Source of the DNA: Octopus sinensis
Taxonomy: Eukaryota
Direction: 5' to 3'
DNA: 64,000 nucleotides
Assembly (NCBI RefSeq): GCF_006345805.1
Contig: NC_043006.1
Span: forward strand, 73,904,001-73,968,000
A program made the position numbers and the translations under genes. This document shows positions 52,734-64,000 of the stretch, piece by piece. The notes under the pieces were generated by a model. The model saw only the letters and a program-made list of their open reading frames with translations. It did not search any database and was not told where the DNA came from. Position 1 is the first letter of the stretch, and each line of letters opens with the position of its first letter.

Positions 52734-53306
52734 CTGCTCTTGTTATTGCAGTTGTTGCTATTACTCTTGTTGGGGTTGTAGTTATTGCTGTTGTTGTGGT
52801 AGTTGTTGCAGTTGTTACCACGGCATCTGTCACGGCTCACACCACTACCACCAGCAGATTGCCTCCCGCCATTTTCGCTAAAACAATACCTTTTCTTTAA
52901 CTATCACTTTTATCACTTCCATTGCTAACAGCAGTCACCACCACAACATCACCACCAACCACCACCAACAAACAACAACAACAACATAACCGCCACCACC
53001 ACCATCACCAACAACAACATAACCCTCACCACGATGACGACCACGACCAGCACCACCACCACCATCACCACCACCACCACAACCTCTAACACCGCTACTA
53101 CCACCACCGCCGCCGCCATCACCACCACCGCCGCCACCACTGTCAACACCCTACCCCTCCACCACTAACAATAACAACAATAACACGAATAACACTATAA
53201 ATAACGACTCAATCACCATCAGCAACCTTATGGACAATACAAACATCTCGAACAACACCACTTGAGGCAGCTCCTCCACCGCCATCATAACCACCACACC
53301 ACCACC

Positions 53307-53363
<57 letters not shown>

Positions 53364-53885
53364 AACAACAACAATACCAGCAGAACACCACTTACACGAT
53401 GGTGGTGGAGTCGGTGGACCACCAATAGTATCACCATCATTACCACCACCACCAACACCGCCAACATTACGAACAAAATTGCTAAGCAACACCTACACGG
53501 CTACCACCACCGTCACCACCACCACCACCACCAACACCACCACCACCTCTAGTGCCGTTAGCAGAGCCATCTCTCACCAACTCCCATACCAACACCCGCA
53601 ACTCGTCGAAGAATCTTGCATTAGGAAACATCACCACCATCAATACCGACACCTCGAATAACACTAACGGCAGTAGCAGTAATAACAAAACAACAACTAC
53701 AACAACAGTAGCAACAACAACAAGAACAATTACAAGAACAACAACAAGAAGAGAGACAACAACTACAGTAACAACTGCAACAACTACCACAACAACAACA
53801 GCAACAAATACAACCCCAACAAGAGTAATAGCAACAACTGCAATAACAAGAGCAGCTACTACTACTACTACAACTACCACTACAA

Positions 53886-53922
<37 letters not shown>

Positions 53923-53973
53923 CATCACTACTACTACAACAACAATAATAATAGCAACAAGGGCAACAACAAT
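52543..53973. repeat. Inverted duplication within GTA/GTG/CAA low-complexity region
   Basis: Arm 52543-52818 is the reverse complement of 53768-53973 (shared ACCCCAACAAGAGTAATAGCAACAACTGCAATAACAAGAGCAGCT and GCAACAAGGGCAACAACAAT). Confidence 0.88.
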
Positions 53974-54207
53974 TACAACAGCAGCAATATTAATAACAGC
54001 AACAACAATGACAACAACTTCAATAACCACAACAAGAGCAACTAGAACAACTCCCCCCCCTTCTTGGCTGCAAAGAACGCTGCTAAATTTAGCTTCCAGT
54101 CAATGTGCCTTTACTAATGAAATTTGTACATGCTGATTTCATTTACATTTCATTCATTCTTGAAAGCTTCTTATAGAACAGCACTAACATGTGCATACGT
54201 ATATCGT

Positions 54208-54595
54208 CGTGGCACTCCGTCGGTTGCAACGACGAAGGTTCCAGTTGATCTGATCAACGGAACAGCCTGCTCGTGAAATTAACGTGCAAGTGGCTGAGCA
54301 CTCCACAGACACGTGTACCCCTTCACATACTTCTCAGGGAGATTCAGCATGACACAGAGTGTGACAAAGCTGGCCCTTTGAAATGCAGGTACAACAGAAA
54401 TAGGAAGAAAGTGTGAGAGAAAGTTGTGGTAAAAAGAGTACAGTAGGGTTCGCCACTAGCCCCTGCCGGAGCCTCGTGGAGCTTTAGGTGTTTTCGCTGA
54501 ATAAACGCTCACAACGCCCGGTCTGGGATTCGAAACCGCGATCCTACGACCGCGAGTCCGCCGCTGCCCTAACCACTGGGCCATTGCGCTCCCAC
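54208..54595 (-). mobile_element. SINE family A, tail type 2
   Basis: Reverse complement of the 62052-62437 type copy. Confidence 0.88.
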
Positions 54596-55204
54596 GCATA
54601 CATATATACACACAGACGCACATACACAGACACACGCGCGGGCGCACAGCCAATATATTTACGACCAGATAGGCGATAATAGAAAAAAAACCCCAAAAAA
54701 CAAACGGACACATGAAAGTACAGACACAAACACGCGAACGCACGCTCGCACACATTCAAGCACACGTACACACACTAAAGCAAAAATGCAAGCACACGCA
54801 TATATGATTAAATATACGCAGACAGATTGACTCTCACACACACACACACACGCACACGGGCAAGTACACGCACGCACGCACTCATAGAAGCGTTCATACG
54901 TGCATAAGTATCTTCGAGAAAATACAATCACACGCCTACACGCACACACATACACACACACTATGCACTTACTATGCAGATACTCAAGCATATACATACA
55001 TAGACATTGAATTAAACATAGACACATATTCACTCGTACCCGTTGACACATACGCACGTGAATATGCACGGACATTTATGTGTACACACACTCTTAACAA
55101 TATTTACAAACCCATATACATGTTATAGTTCTATATTTAAGAGATGAGTAATTCTGTACATTATTTACATTCGACAGATATTTGCCCTCATCTTGTTTGT
55201 TGTT

Positions 55205-55250
55205 AACACAACGTTTCGGCTGATATACCCTCCAGCCATATTCAGATGTC
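55205..55250 (-). ncRNA. Minimal hammerhead-like motif (left arm of palindromic element)
   Basis: GACAU-CUGAAUA-U-GGCUG..CAGCC-GAAA-CG-UU/GUGUU. Core position G8 is changed to U. Confidence 0.6.
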
Positions 55251-55291
55251 TTGGGGAAATTTCGAACCTGGGTTCATACGCCATATGTCCA

Positions 55292-55363
55292 CAGGCATGT
55301 GGCGTAGTGGTTAAGAGCGCGGGCTACTAACCCCAAGATTCAGAGTTCGATTCCAAGCACTGA

Positions 55364-55367
<4 letters not shown>
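55292..55367 (+). promoter_or_regulatory. tRNA-derived Pol III head (A and B boxes), not a canonical tRNA
   Basis: A box TGGCGTAGTGG (55300-55310), B box GAGTTCGATTCC (55343-55354), anticodon-like arm GGG-CTACTAA-CCC, CAGG/CCTG ends. Followed by (AAT)n. Confidence 0.75.
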
Positions 55368-55413
<46 letters not shown>

Positions 55414-55441
55414 TGAGAACCCAGGTTCGAAATTTCCCCAA

Positions 55442-55487
55442 GACACATGAAGAAAGCTGGAGGGTATATCAGCTGAAACGTTGTGTT
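55442..55487 (+). ncRNA. Minimal hammerhead-like motif (right arm of palindromic element)
   Basis: GACAC-AUGAAGA-A-AGCUG..CAGCU-GAAA-CG-UU/GUGUU. Core position C3 is changed to A; the stem II closing pair is A-U here versus G-C in the left arm. Confidence 0.6.
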
Positions 55488-56639
55488 AACAACAAACAAG
55501 ATCAGGATAAATATCCGTCAAATGTAAATAATGTAAATATACATCTTAATACACACACACAGACAGAGGCACAGACACACACACGCAAACACTGAGATGC
55601 AAAACAAAGTACGACACGTACTCGCAAACATGCGTACATATACAGAGAAATACATACACATACTCTCGGATACACTAACACATTTTAAAAATATAATTTC
55701 TACTGTAAGACGCAAGGCTTGAAATCTGGTGAGGTAGAACTAGTTCGATTACATCCACCCCAGAGCTCAACTGGCTCTTAGTTCATAGAACCCGAAAGGG
55801 CAAAAGACAAATACGATCTCGGTGGAATTTGAACTCAGAACATTAAGATAGACGGAATGACGTTAAGCTTTTTTGTTCGGTGTGCGAACAATTTTGTCAT
55901 CTCTCCGCCTTCGTTGTAGAAACCATTTACATATACACATACACAGAACGAGATCACACTCCCGTATTCACAGAACAAAGAAACAATCATACACAATCAG
56001 AACAAGGAAACAATCAGACGTACACATATATACACACCTAGGGTAACAACCTTAGATGCAGACATTAACAATATACACGCACAGACATGCGTATGCATTT
56101 ATACATACATACACATACACGAGAGACCACACACGATAGACCACACACACACTGAAGAAAATAGCCTTACATACAGTCATATAGACAGATATATGCAACA
56201 CATTGAAGTATGTGCACACTTACGGAAACACATACACGAAGAAATAAACGCATATATACGAAGGCCTGTAGGGAAAATATTTAACATGGTAATATGATAG
56301 AGAGAGCATCATATTTCTTATACACAGAATCTACAAATGAAAGACCCCTCCACATGACAAAGTGTAGTTAAGTCAGTGATAACATATTTAATAGAGAAGA
56401 GCTTTAAGAAGTGGAGTAGAAATAATTATGCGATATGAAAAATATTTTTTCATTTTCCGCCACCACGTTGCAATTGACCCCTGGTGGCTTCCTTAGCAAA
56501 TGGAGGTCTCGTTCGACCATATATTTCTTAGTTTAATATCTGACAATAGTTTATCTAACGTTCCCCTAATCGTTTCGTCTGTCACTCTCTCCCGCTCTAT
56601 GAATCATTACACACATCTATCAAGCTGTGCGTAAGCATA

Positions 56640-56679
56640 AGAGGATATGTTATATATATATATATATAACATATCCTCT
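56640..56679. repeat. Perfect 40-bp palindrome
   Basis: AGAGGATATGT-(TA)9-ACATATCCTCT. Confidence 0.95.
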
Positions 56680-57105
56680 AGAGTAGATGAAACCATAGCG
56701 ACTGAAGAAGGGGTTTTTTCTTAGTGTTAATTGTCCTATACTCTGTTTTTTTGTTGTTTTAAAAAAATGTCCAGTTCCTTTGGTTTGTGTCTATGTTTTC
56801 GTTTCTCATTGTGTTCGACGTCTTTTTGGTGTCCTGTACTCATATATGCGTGTATATGTACATGTAGAGGTAGGTACGTACATATATGTTTATATATATG
56901 CATATGTTTTGTTTTATTTATTAATATATATATATATATATATATATATAATCGTTTAGTTTTAAATATCAGAGAAAGTGTACCCAATACCATAATATTA
57001 ATAATATATTCTATTTTGATTGAATCCCTCTGCTGTTACTCTGCACAGGATTCTCATGTATTTATTCATACATACATACATACATTATAAATACGTACAT
57101 ACATA

Positions 57106-57136
<31 letters not shown>

Positions 57137-57665
57137 GAGTGAGAGAGCAGCGCATACCATCAAAGTGACACTGGGGTAAAATATACGAAGCCCAGTATAC
57201 CCATCATGACTACCTGTCTGATAAGGGTACACCTGGCACATGCATCACAACCATATGTGTGCGACATGGTGATCTCATATCAAGATAAACAGCGCATGAC
57301 CTTGCAGGTGGGGCCCAGTTAGAATTTTCTTCTGGTCGAGTAACCCATCCCGCTCCAAAGGTCCCTGAATAAGGGTTGTTTAAGGATGTTGAACAAACCA
57401 CCCATATTTCCAAATGTGAATTATCCAAAACTCTAAGAATTCCTTTCAACCCACGGCTATGATGATTCCCCAGTACTTCTGCTCGTGATCAGAGATGCAC
57501 ATATCACCAACTGGTTACGGTCAAACAACTGACAAGCAAATCTGTGGTATTGAGCAGTATATTTGCTGTATCCAATCTTTTATACCCAGACAAAACAATG
57601 TACATGATAACACTTCCAATCAGTTAAGATCAGAAGTCACGAGACCCTCTGTCTGGTATTGCATC
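57137..57665. mobile_element. Unclassified approx. 530-bp interspersed-repeat-like segment between (ATT)n and (TAA)n tracts
   Basis: Complex sequence sharply bounded by (ATT)n at left (57107-57136) and (TAA)n at right (57666-57743). No coding motif recognised. Confidence 0.4.
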
Positions 57666-57673
57666 AGGGCATT

Positions 57674-57744
<71 letters not shown>

Positions 57745-58738
57745 TATTATTATTATTATTATTAATATTGTTATTATATGATAAAAACTCTCAGAGTGCG
57801 CATTGTGTCTGCTTGTATTTTGCTTGATAAGAGGGAACGCCTTTGACCATAGGCTTGCTCTACCAGGCCTAACCTGGGACTGAATTATAACAGCCGACTG
57901 ACAGGAATATATTGGACAGCAGAAAGAATGCAGCATGCCCTGAGTGCAACACAATATGTTATAAGATAAACTAACGCACGTCGCAATGTACTGTGAGATA
58001 ATTAGCTTGGAGGAATTATTTTCTACGTGGAACAGCAACTCTTTGAGACACGAATTGTTGCCCCGCCGATAATCTATCGGCGCTTCAGGACAAAACTTGT
58101 CATGAAATGTAATTGTTTTGATGTCTTAGGGGAAAATATTTGAAAGCATTGTATTACGAAATGATTAAAACGTTAATCTCTAAGAGATTCTCTTTATTGT
58201 AAATTTGGTTTTTCTCATTATTTTAATGCTTTCATTTTGTATCTGTTATGTCTAATTCTTCTGTGTGTTACTTGATTTAATGATTGAGGGGTCCAGTCGA
58301 ACAAATCGATGCCAGTATTCGTATATGTTTTTTTAAAAAAACTCTGGTACTTATTTTCGCGGTCATTCTTGACAAACCGCTATGTTACAGGGATGTGAAC
58401 AAACCAACACTAGTTGTCAAACAGTGACGAGGGCGAAACACAAACACATACTCACGGGCACACACACACGCACACATATATACACACGCGCGCACACACA
58501 AATATGTATATGTATTCTCTAATTCTTTTACTTGATTCAGACACTTGACTGCAGCCATGCTGGAGCACCGCTTTTAGTCGAACAAATCAACCCAGCTCTT
58601 ATCGTTTGTAAGCCTTTCACTTATTCAATCGGTCTTTTTTACCGAACCGCTAAGTTATGGGGACGTAAATACACCAACATCGGTTATCAAGCGATGGGTG
58701 GAGGGACAAACACAGACACACAAATACATAAATGCATA

Positions 58739-58855
<117 letters not shown>

Positions 58856-59095
58856 TATATATATTATATACACACATACATACACACACACGACGGGCAT
58901 CTTTCAGTTTCCGTCTACCAAATCCGCTCACAAGGCTTTGGTCGGCCCGAGGCTATTGTAGAAGACATTTGTCCAAGTTGTCACGCAGTGAGACTGAACT
59001 CGGAACCATGTGGTTGGGAAGCATAAATATCCTCATTGGGACTAATTATAAAAAACAAATTTATTGCATGCATTATATATGTATATGTATACACA

Positions 59096-59690
59096 AGGGC
59101 GGCGAGCTGGCAGAAACGTTAGTACGCCTGGCGGAATGCTTAGCGGTATTTCGTCTGTCGCTACTTTCTGAGTTCAAATTCCGCCGAGGTCGACTTTGCC
59201 TTTCATCCTTTCGGGGTCGATAAATTAAGTACCAGTTACGCACTGGGGTTGATGTAATCGACTTAATACCTATGTCTGTCTTTGTTTGTCCCCTCTCTCT
59301 TTAGCCCCTTGTGGGTAATAAAGAAATAGGTATTTCGTCTGTCGCTACGTTCTGAGTTCAAATTCCGCCGAGGTCGACTTTGCCTTTCATCCTTTCGGGG
59401 TCGATAAATTAAGTACCAGTTACGCACTGGGGTCGATGTAATCGACTTAATACCTATGTCTGTCCTTGTTTGTCCCCTCTCTCTTTAGCCCCTTGTGGGT
59501 AATTAAGAAATAGGTATTTCGTCTGTCGCTACCTTCTGAGTTCAAATTCCGCCGAGGTGGACTTTGCTTTCATCCTTTCGGGGTCGATAAATAAAGTACC
59601 AGTTTCACACTGGAGTCCACGTAATCGACGTAATCCGTTTGTATGTCCTTGTTTGTGCCCTCTATGTTTAGCCCCCTGTGGGCAGTAATA
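59096..59690 (+). mobile_element. SINE family B trimer, period 184 bp
   Basis: GGTATTTCGTCTGTCG at 59145, 59329 and 59513. Confidence 0.92.
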
Positions 59691-60805
59691 ATATATATAT
59701 ATATACACACAGATAATGCACTTCCTTTGATCTTCATCTACTGAAAGTACTCATAAAGTTTTGGTCGGCTCAGGCTATGTAGCAGAAGATACTTGAGTAA
59801 GGTGCCTCGCAGTGAGGCTGAACCCATAAATTCCTTACCACATAGCCACGCCTGCGCCTATTTACAAACCGCAAGAGGTAATATACATGTTTTTATCTAT
59901 AGGGAGATGTAACATCTGCATCTCATGATCGATTCCATAAATACACAATCGTAGCAACAACAGCATTTAACGTAACACTATATCTTAATCAAGAATTTTT
60001 TTTCTTCCATAGATTGAGCTTTATTTAAAACAGGCGTCGAGCTGGCAGAATCGTTAGCACGCCGGGCGAAATGCGTAGCCGTATTTCGTCTGTCGCTACG
60101 TTCTGAGTTCAAATTCCGCCGAGGTTGACTTTGCCTTTCATCCTTTCGGGGTCGATAAATTAAGTACCAGTTACGCAGTGGGGTCGATGTAATCGACTTA
60201 ATTCGTTTGTCAGTCCTTGTTTGTCCCCTCTATGTTTAGCCCCTTGTGGGTAATAAAGATATATATATCTTAATCAAGAATTGGTGTAGCAATTTAGTAA
60301 CGATAAATGCTTGAGATAATTGGTCCAGCAAAGATTACAAAATCAACTCGAAAAGTCAAGATCAGAAAAAAAAAATGAAAATACAGAAAAGCTTCAAGAA
60401 AAAAAATTACGTTTCTGAATTCTTTGAACTGCATAAATGCACAGCCACACATCCGAACATATACTAACAAAGACAAACACCTGCATATATTTACTTACAT
60501 GTATTAGACATCAGCATAGGCATATATATATATATGCAAACATGTACACATACGCATACATACACACATCTGTATATGTATGTGCTTATGTATACATACA
60601 TGCATACGCTTATATGTTAAAATAATGTTATTACTTTACTGTAAAGCATGTTCAAATATAACAACTCTGTGTTTACAGTCGAAGCAAATTTATCGGGAGC
60701 AAGTTAACATTCACAAGCACCCAGCCAACCAACCAGACAATCAATCAATCAGTCAATCAATCAATCAATCAATATATACATATATAATGAGGAAGGCCGG
60801 TTTAG

Positions 60806-60865
60806 GGGATTACCTTAGGTTTCCGTTCATAAAGGGTTAAGATTTATAGCGAATCGTCAGATCCC
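60806..60865 (-). ncRNA. Type I hammerhead ribozyme-like motif 3' of the Penelope ORF remnant
   Basis: GGGAU-CUGACGA-[stem II UUC..AUAAA/UUUAU..GAA, imperfect base]-GAAA-CC-UAA-GG-UA/AUCCC. Exact core, perfect stem I (5 bp), perfect stem III, GUA cleavage triplet. Confidence 0.72.
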
Positions 60866-60959
60866 AAAAACCTGTTGACCTAAGACCTCTTAAGAATATG
60901 GAGGAGAAAATGCTTCACTACTCAAAGGTAACAATTGGAATTATTGTGGCTATCCACTT

Positions 60960-61275
60960 CTGGCAGTCGCGCCATATTGTGGGCTTCAAAAAGCTAGCAG
61001 GAATCTCCTGAAATGTAGACATTGCCCCGAAACTCTACGTCCTGGAGTTAAGGATGATCCCTGGTTCGAGGGAGTCCTTTAGGATTCTCACCCGTTGAGC
61101 TAGGCATCTCGCCGTTCAGCTGTACATCGTTTTGTCCCGTTGATGTAGAGTCCTGTCTTCTCGGGGATTTTCCATGAGATCGAGTATGGAATCCCATAGT
61201 CTCTCAGATGCCATACATGGCTGTGCAATGGTATTACGTATCCTTTCGGGAACTCTGATGGAGGACATGTGGTTG
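60960..61275 (-). pseudogene. Penelope-like element ORF C-terminus (GIY-YIG/Uri region) remnant
   Basis: LHSHVWHLRDYGIPYSISWKIPEKTGLYINGTKRC-TAE, then after a frameshift IILNSRT*..HFRRFLL. This resembles the PLE terminal HxW.LK..SI.WKI..K..Y..G.K.C.LC..E / LNSR.E motifs. Confidence 0.75.
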
Positions 61276-61384
61276 GAGGGTCGTTGTTTGAATGAGTTTC
61301 CGGGACATCCAGTGTATCTCCGTGATCGCTTGTCGTCGGCGATGTGTTTGTATCTGCTGGTGCTGTTGTTGTTGCTGTTTGTTT

Positions 61385-61779
61385 GTTTGTTGAGCGAAGC
61401 GGTCTTCGTCCCAGAGCTCGCAAGATCGCGCCTCAAGATTGTCTGTAGAAATCCGAAACGTGGTCTTTTGCTATTCGTAAGACCCGCAGAAGTGAAAGCA
61501 GGTCAACACCCGACACCGAGAGCATCGATGGATGGATGAATGCGCATCCAGGCTCAGCGGTTGCGTAGGAAGTCGGGGACAAGAAACAGGAAGAAAGAGA
61601 GAGAGAGAAAGCTGGAGCGAAAGTGTACAACAGAGGTCGCCACCACCTCCTGCCGGAGCCTCGTGGAGCTTTAGGTGCTTTCGCTCAATAAACACACACA
61701 ACGCCCGGTTTGGGAATCGAAACCGCGATCTTCCGACGGCGAGTCCGCTGCCCTAACCACTGGGCCATTGCGCCTCCAC
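61385..61779 (-). mobile_element. SINE family A, tail type 3
   Basis: Same head. Tail GTCCCCGACTTCCTACGCAACCGCTGAGCC...ACCGCTTCGCTCAACAAACAAAC. Confidence 0.82.
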
Positions 61780-62051
61780 TGCTGGTGCTGCTGTTGTTGC
61801 TGTCACTGTCAATCGTTGTTGCCGGAGCTGGGACTGCTAGTATTGGCATCGCTGGAGGTGGTGGTGACGGCGATAATGGTATCACCACTGACACTGATGG
61901 AGAAGACCCTCTTGTTGCTATTGTGATCCTCATCATTGGTGGGAGAGTTGCCCTTGCTGCTAGAGGTATCATTAGCGGTGGTTCTGCTGGTGTTTCCGCT
62001 AGGGCCACTATCGCTGCTGTTGTTGCTGTTGTTGCTATTATTGCTATTAAT

Positions 62052-62437
62052 GTGGAGGCGCAATGGCCCAGTGGTTAGGGCAGCGGACTCGCGGTCATAG
62101 GATCGCGATTTCGATTCCCAGACCGGGCGTTGTGAGTGTTTATTGAGCGAAAACACCTAAAAAGCGCCACGAGGCTCCGGCAGGGGATGGTAGTGATCCC
62201 TGCTGTACTCTTTCACCACAACTTTCTCTCACTCTTACTTCCTGTTTCTTTTGTACCTGCATTTCAAGGGGCCGGTCTTGTCACTCTCTGTGTCACGCTG
62301 AATATCCCCGAGAACTACGTTAAGGGTGCACGTGTCTGTGGAGTGCTCAGCCAGTTACACGTTAATTTCACGAGCAGGCTGTTCCGTTGATTCGGATCAA
62401 CCGTAACCCTCATCGTCGTAACCGACGGAGTGCTTCC
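62052..62437 (+). mobile_element. SINE family A, full length, tail type 2
   Basis: A box TGGCCCAGTGG, B box TTCGATTCC, body and tail shared with 10867 and 54208. Confidence 0.9.
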
Positions 62438-62814
62438 TTCCTATTGCTATTAATGCCGTTATTGCTGGCTGTGGCACTGGAGCTGTTGCTGTTGCTTTAG
62501 GGACTGTAACGCCTGCTACACTGGACGTTAGGGAAGCTGTTAGCAATGCTGCTGCTGATGGCGATGCGTTTGAGAATTTACTCTTTTACTCTTTTACTCT
62601 TCTACTTGTTTCAGTCAATTGACTGCGGCCATGCTGGAGCACCGCCTTTTAGTCGAGCAAATCGATCCCAGGACTTATTCTTTGTAACCCTAGTACTTAT
62701 TCTATCGGTCTCTTTTGCCTAACCGCTAAGTTACGGTGAAGTAAACACACCAGCATCGGATATCAAGCGATGTTGGGGGGGGGGGCACAGACACACAAAC
62801 ATACACACACATAC

Positions 62815-62845
<31 letters not shown>

Positions 62846-63822
62846 CGACGGACTTCTTTCAGTTTCCGTCTACCAAATCCACTCACAAGGATTTAGTCGG
62901 CCCGAGGCTATAGTAGAAGACACTTGCCCAAGTTGCCACGCAGTGGGACTGAACTCAGAACCATGTGGTTGGTAAGCAAGCTACTTACCACACAGTCACT
63001 CCTACATCACTTCTTTAACTTTCTAAGACATCTCAACGCTTCTAAACCAAGCTTCGTTTGTTTGTTTACGTGTATCCTAATTTTAATTTAACATATGTAT
63101 GTATGTATACATCCATATATCATATAGACCACACACATATCGCCAATATAATTTAATTGGAAGATTCATCATCAGATTTCAAAATCATTTTTGTTTCCTG
63201 CTTGATAAAAGTAAAAGAGAAAACTCCAGTAACTATTCAGGAAATGTAAACTTTGTAATTTAAAACATCCGGGCTTTTGACAGAAGGATTACTTTTCAGA
63301 GAAAACCTACTTCGACGTATTTTCGTTAAATATCTTATATACGCACACACGCACATACTCACAGACACATACACACAAGCACACACAGCACACATGCACG
63401 TACGCGCATACATACACATATACACACACACGCAATACATGGGCGCACAAAAACACAAGCACATGTACACACAACGCACACACACACACACGAATGGATA
63501 TATTATAAATGATGTTATCGTGGAGTAAATAGTAATATTCGTGAATAAATCCTTATATATCACTACCAAAAGTAGTCACATGATTTAATGATTTGCTAGA
63601 AATAGAAGCCAAATGTCTTTTAAAATTGGATGTCACTATCTCTAAAGAAAGGGCACATTTGATAATGCAATCTCCGATATAGAAATACAAGCGGTTTGGT
63701 TATGATTCGAACAACTTTATCCGCACGATCGGAGATGGCCCTGTGCTAAAGGGCTAGAAAGGCTAGATCCTGTTTTGATATTAGAGATAGTAAGATATAT
63801 ATCATATTTAGTGTATGATCAC

Positions 63823-63881
63823 CGTTTGTAGGCCAGTTACTGCCGTATTCGTCCTGAGATAACATCACCTGTAGAGTTGTT
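63823..63881 (-). CDS. Candidate host-gene exon (unidentified)
   Basis: Strong acceptor TTATTTTTTGTGTTTTTAACAG; donor ACG|GTGATC; one open frame TTLQVMLSQDEYGSNWPTN. Confidence 0.3.
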
Positions 63882-64000
63882 CTGTTAAAAACACAAAAAA
63901 TAACGGAAGCAAACAAAAATTTGTCCGAGTAGCAACCTATGAAAACGCCAAATATGCAATATGGCTTTTAGGGGCCATTTCTTGTGCATTTGCAGGCAGC

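Larger units (their letters stand above)
55157..55535. mobile_element. Palindromic (fold-back) non-autonomous element: inverted tail / tRNA head-(AAT)n-tail with hammerhead motifs
   Basis: Arms 55157-55277 and 55413-55535 are about 90% identical inverted repeats by eye. The centre 55278-55305 is also inverted (ACGCCATATGTC / GGCATGTGGCGT, 10/12). Confidence 0.8.

Noticed and set aside
55292-55367. Functional tRNA genes (also the SINE heads at 164, 62052, 47748)
   Set aside because: A and B boxes are present, but acceptor and T stems are imperfect, the anticodon is atypical (ACT) and there is no T-run terminator. They are treated as tRNA-derived heads.
57360-57410. CTGAATAAGGG motif as a hammerhead
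   Set aside because: No GAAA-stem III-UH arrangement after the hairpin.
59096-59690. CRISPR-like or satellite-like regular arrays (also 7906-8517, 44095-44612)
   Set aside because: Units are contiguous SINE bodies without unique spacers; eukaryotic context, no cas genes.

Overview
AT-rich, repeat-saturated animal genomic DNA. The SINE families and extreme microsatellite load look like an Octopus genome; this is recognition from memory, not a database hit. No host gene can be identified with confidence, and nearly all ORF-track entries are microsatellite translations. Clear content: (1) a complete 2857-bp Buster/Charlie-type hAT transposon (31809-34665) with 16-bp TIRs, a CTCTAGAG TSD and an uninterrupted SPIN-like transposase; (2) a non-autonomous Helitron and a hAT-type MITE; (3) decayed R4/Dong, RTE, Penelope (GIY-YIG) and Tc1/mariner fragments; (4) dozens of tRNA-derived SINEs of about four families, including head-to-tail multimers with an invariant junction and one head carrying five different tails; (5) a 100-N gap. 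The most unexpected layer is about a dozen hammerhead-ribozyme (HHR)-like motifs from several sequence families. Two are near-canonical (712-788 and 60806-60865, the latter just 3' of a Penelope ORF end). A pair sits in a palindromic element (55157-55535) in which a Pol III tRNA-like head is fused to an HHR-bearing tail, a candidate Penelope-mobilised, ribozyme-carrying SINE/retrozyme-like system. All alignments and folds were done by eye, and repeat boundaries are approximate.
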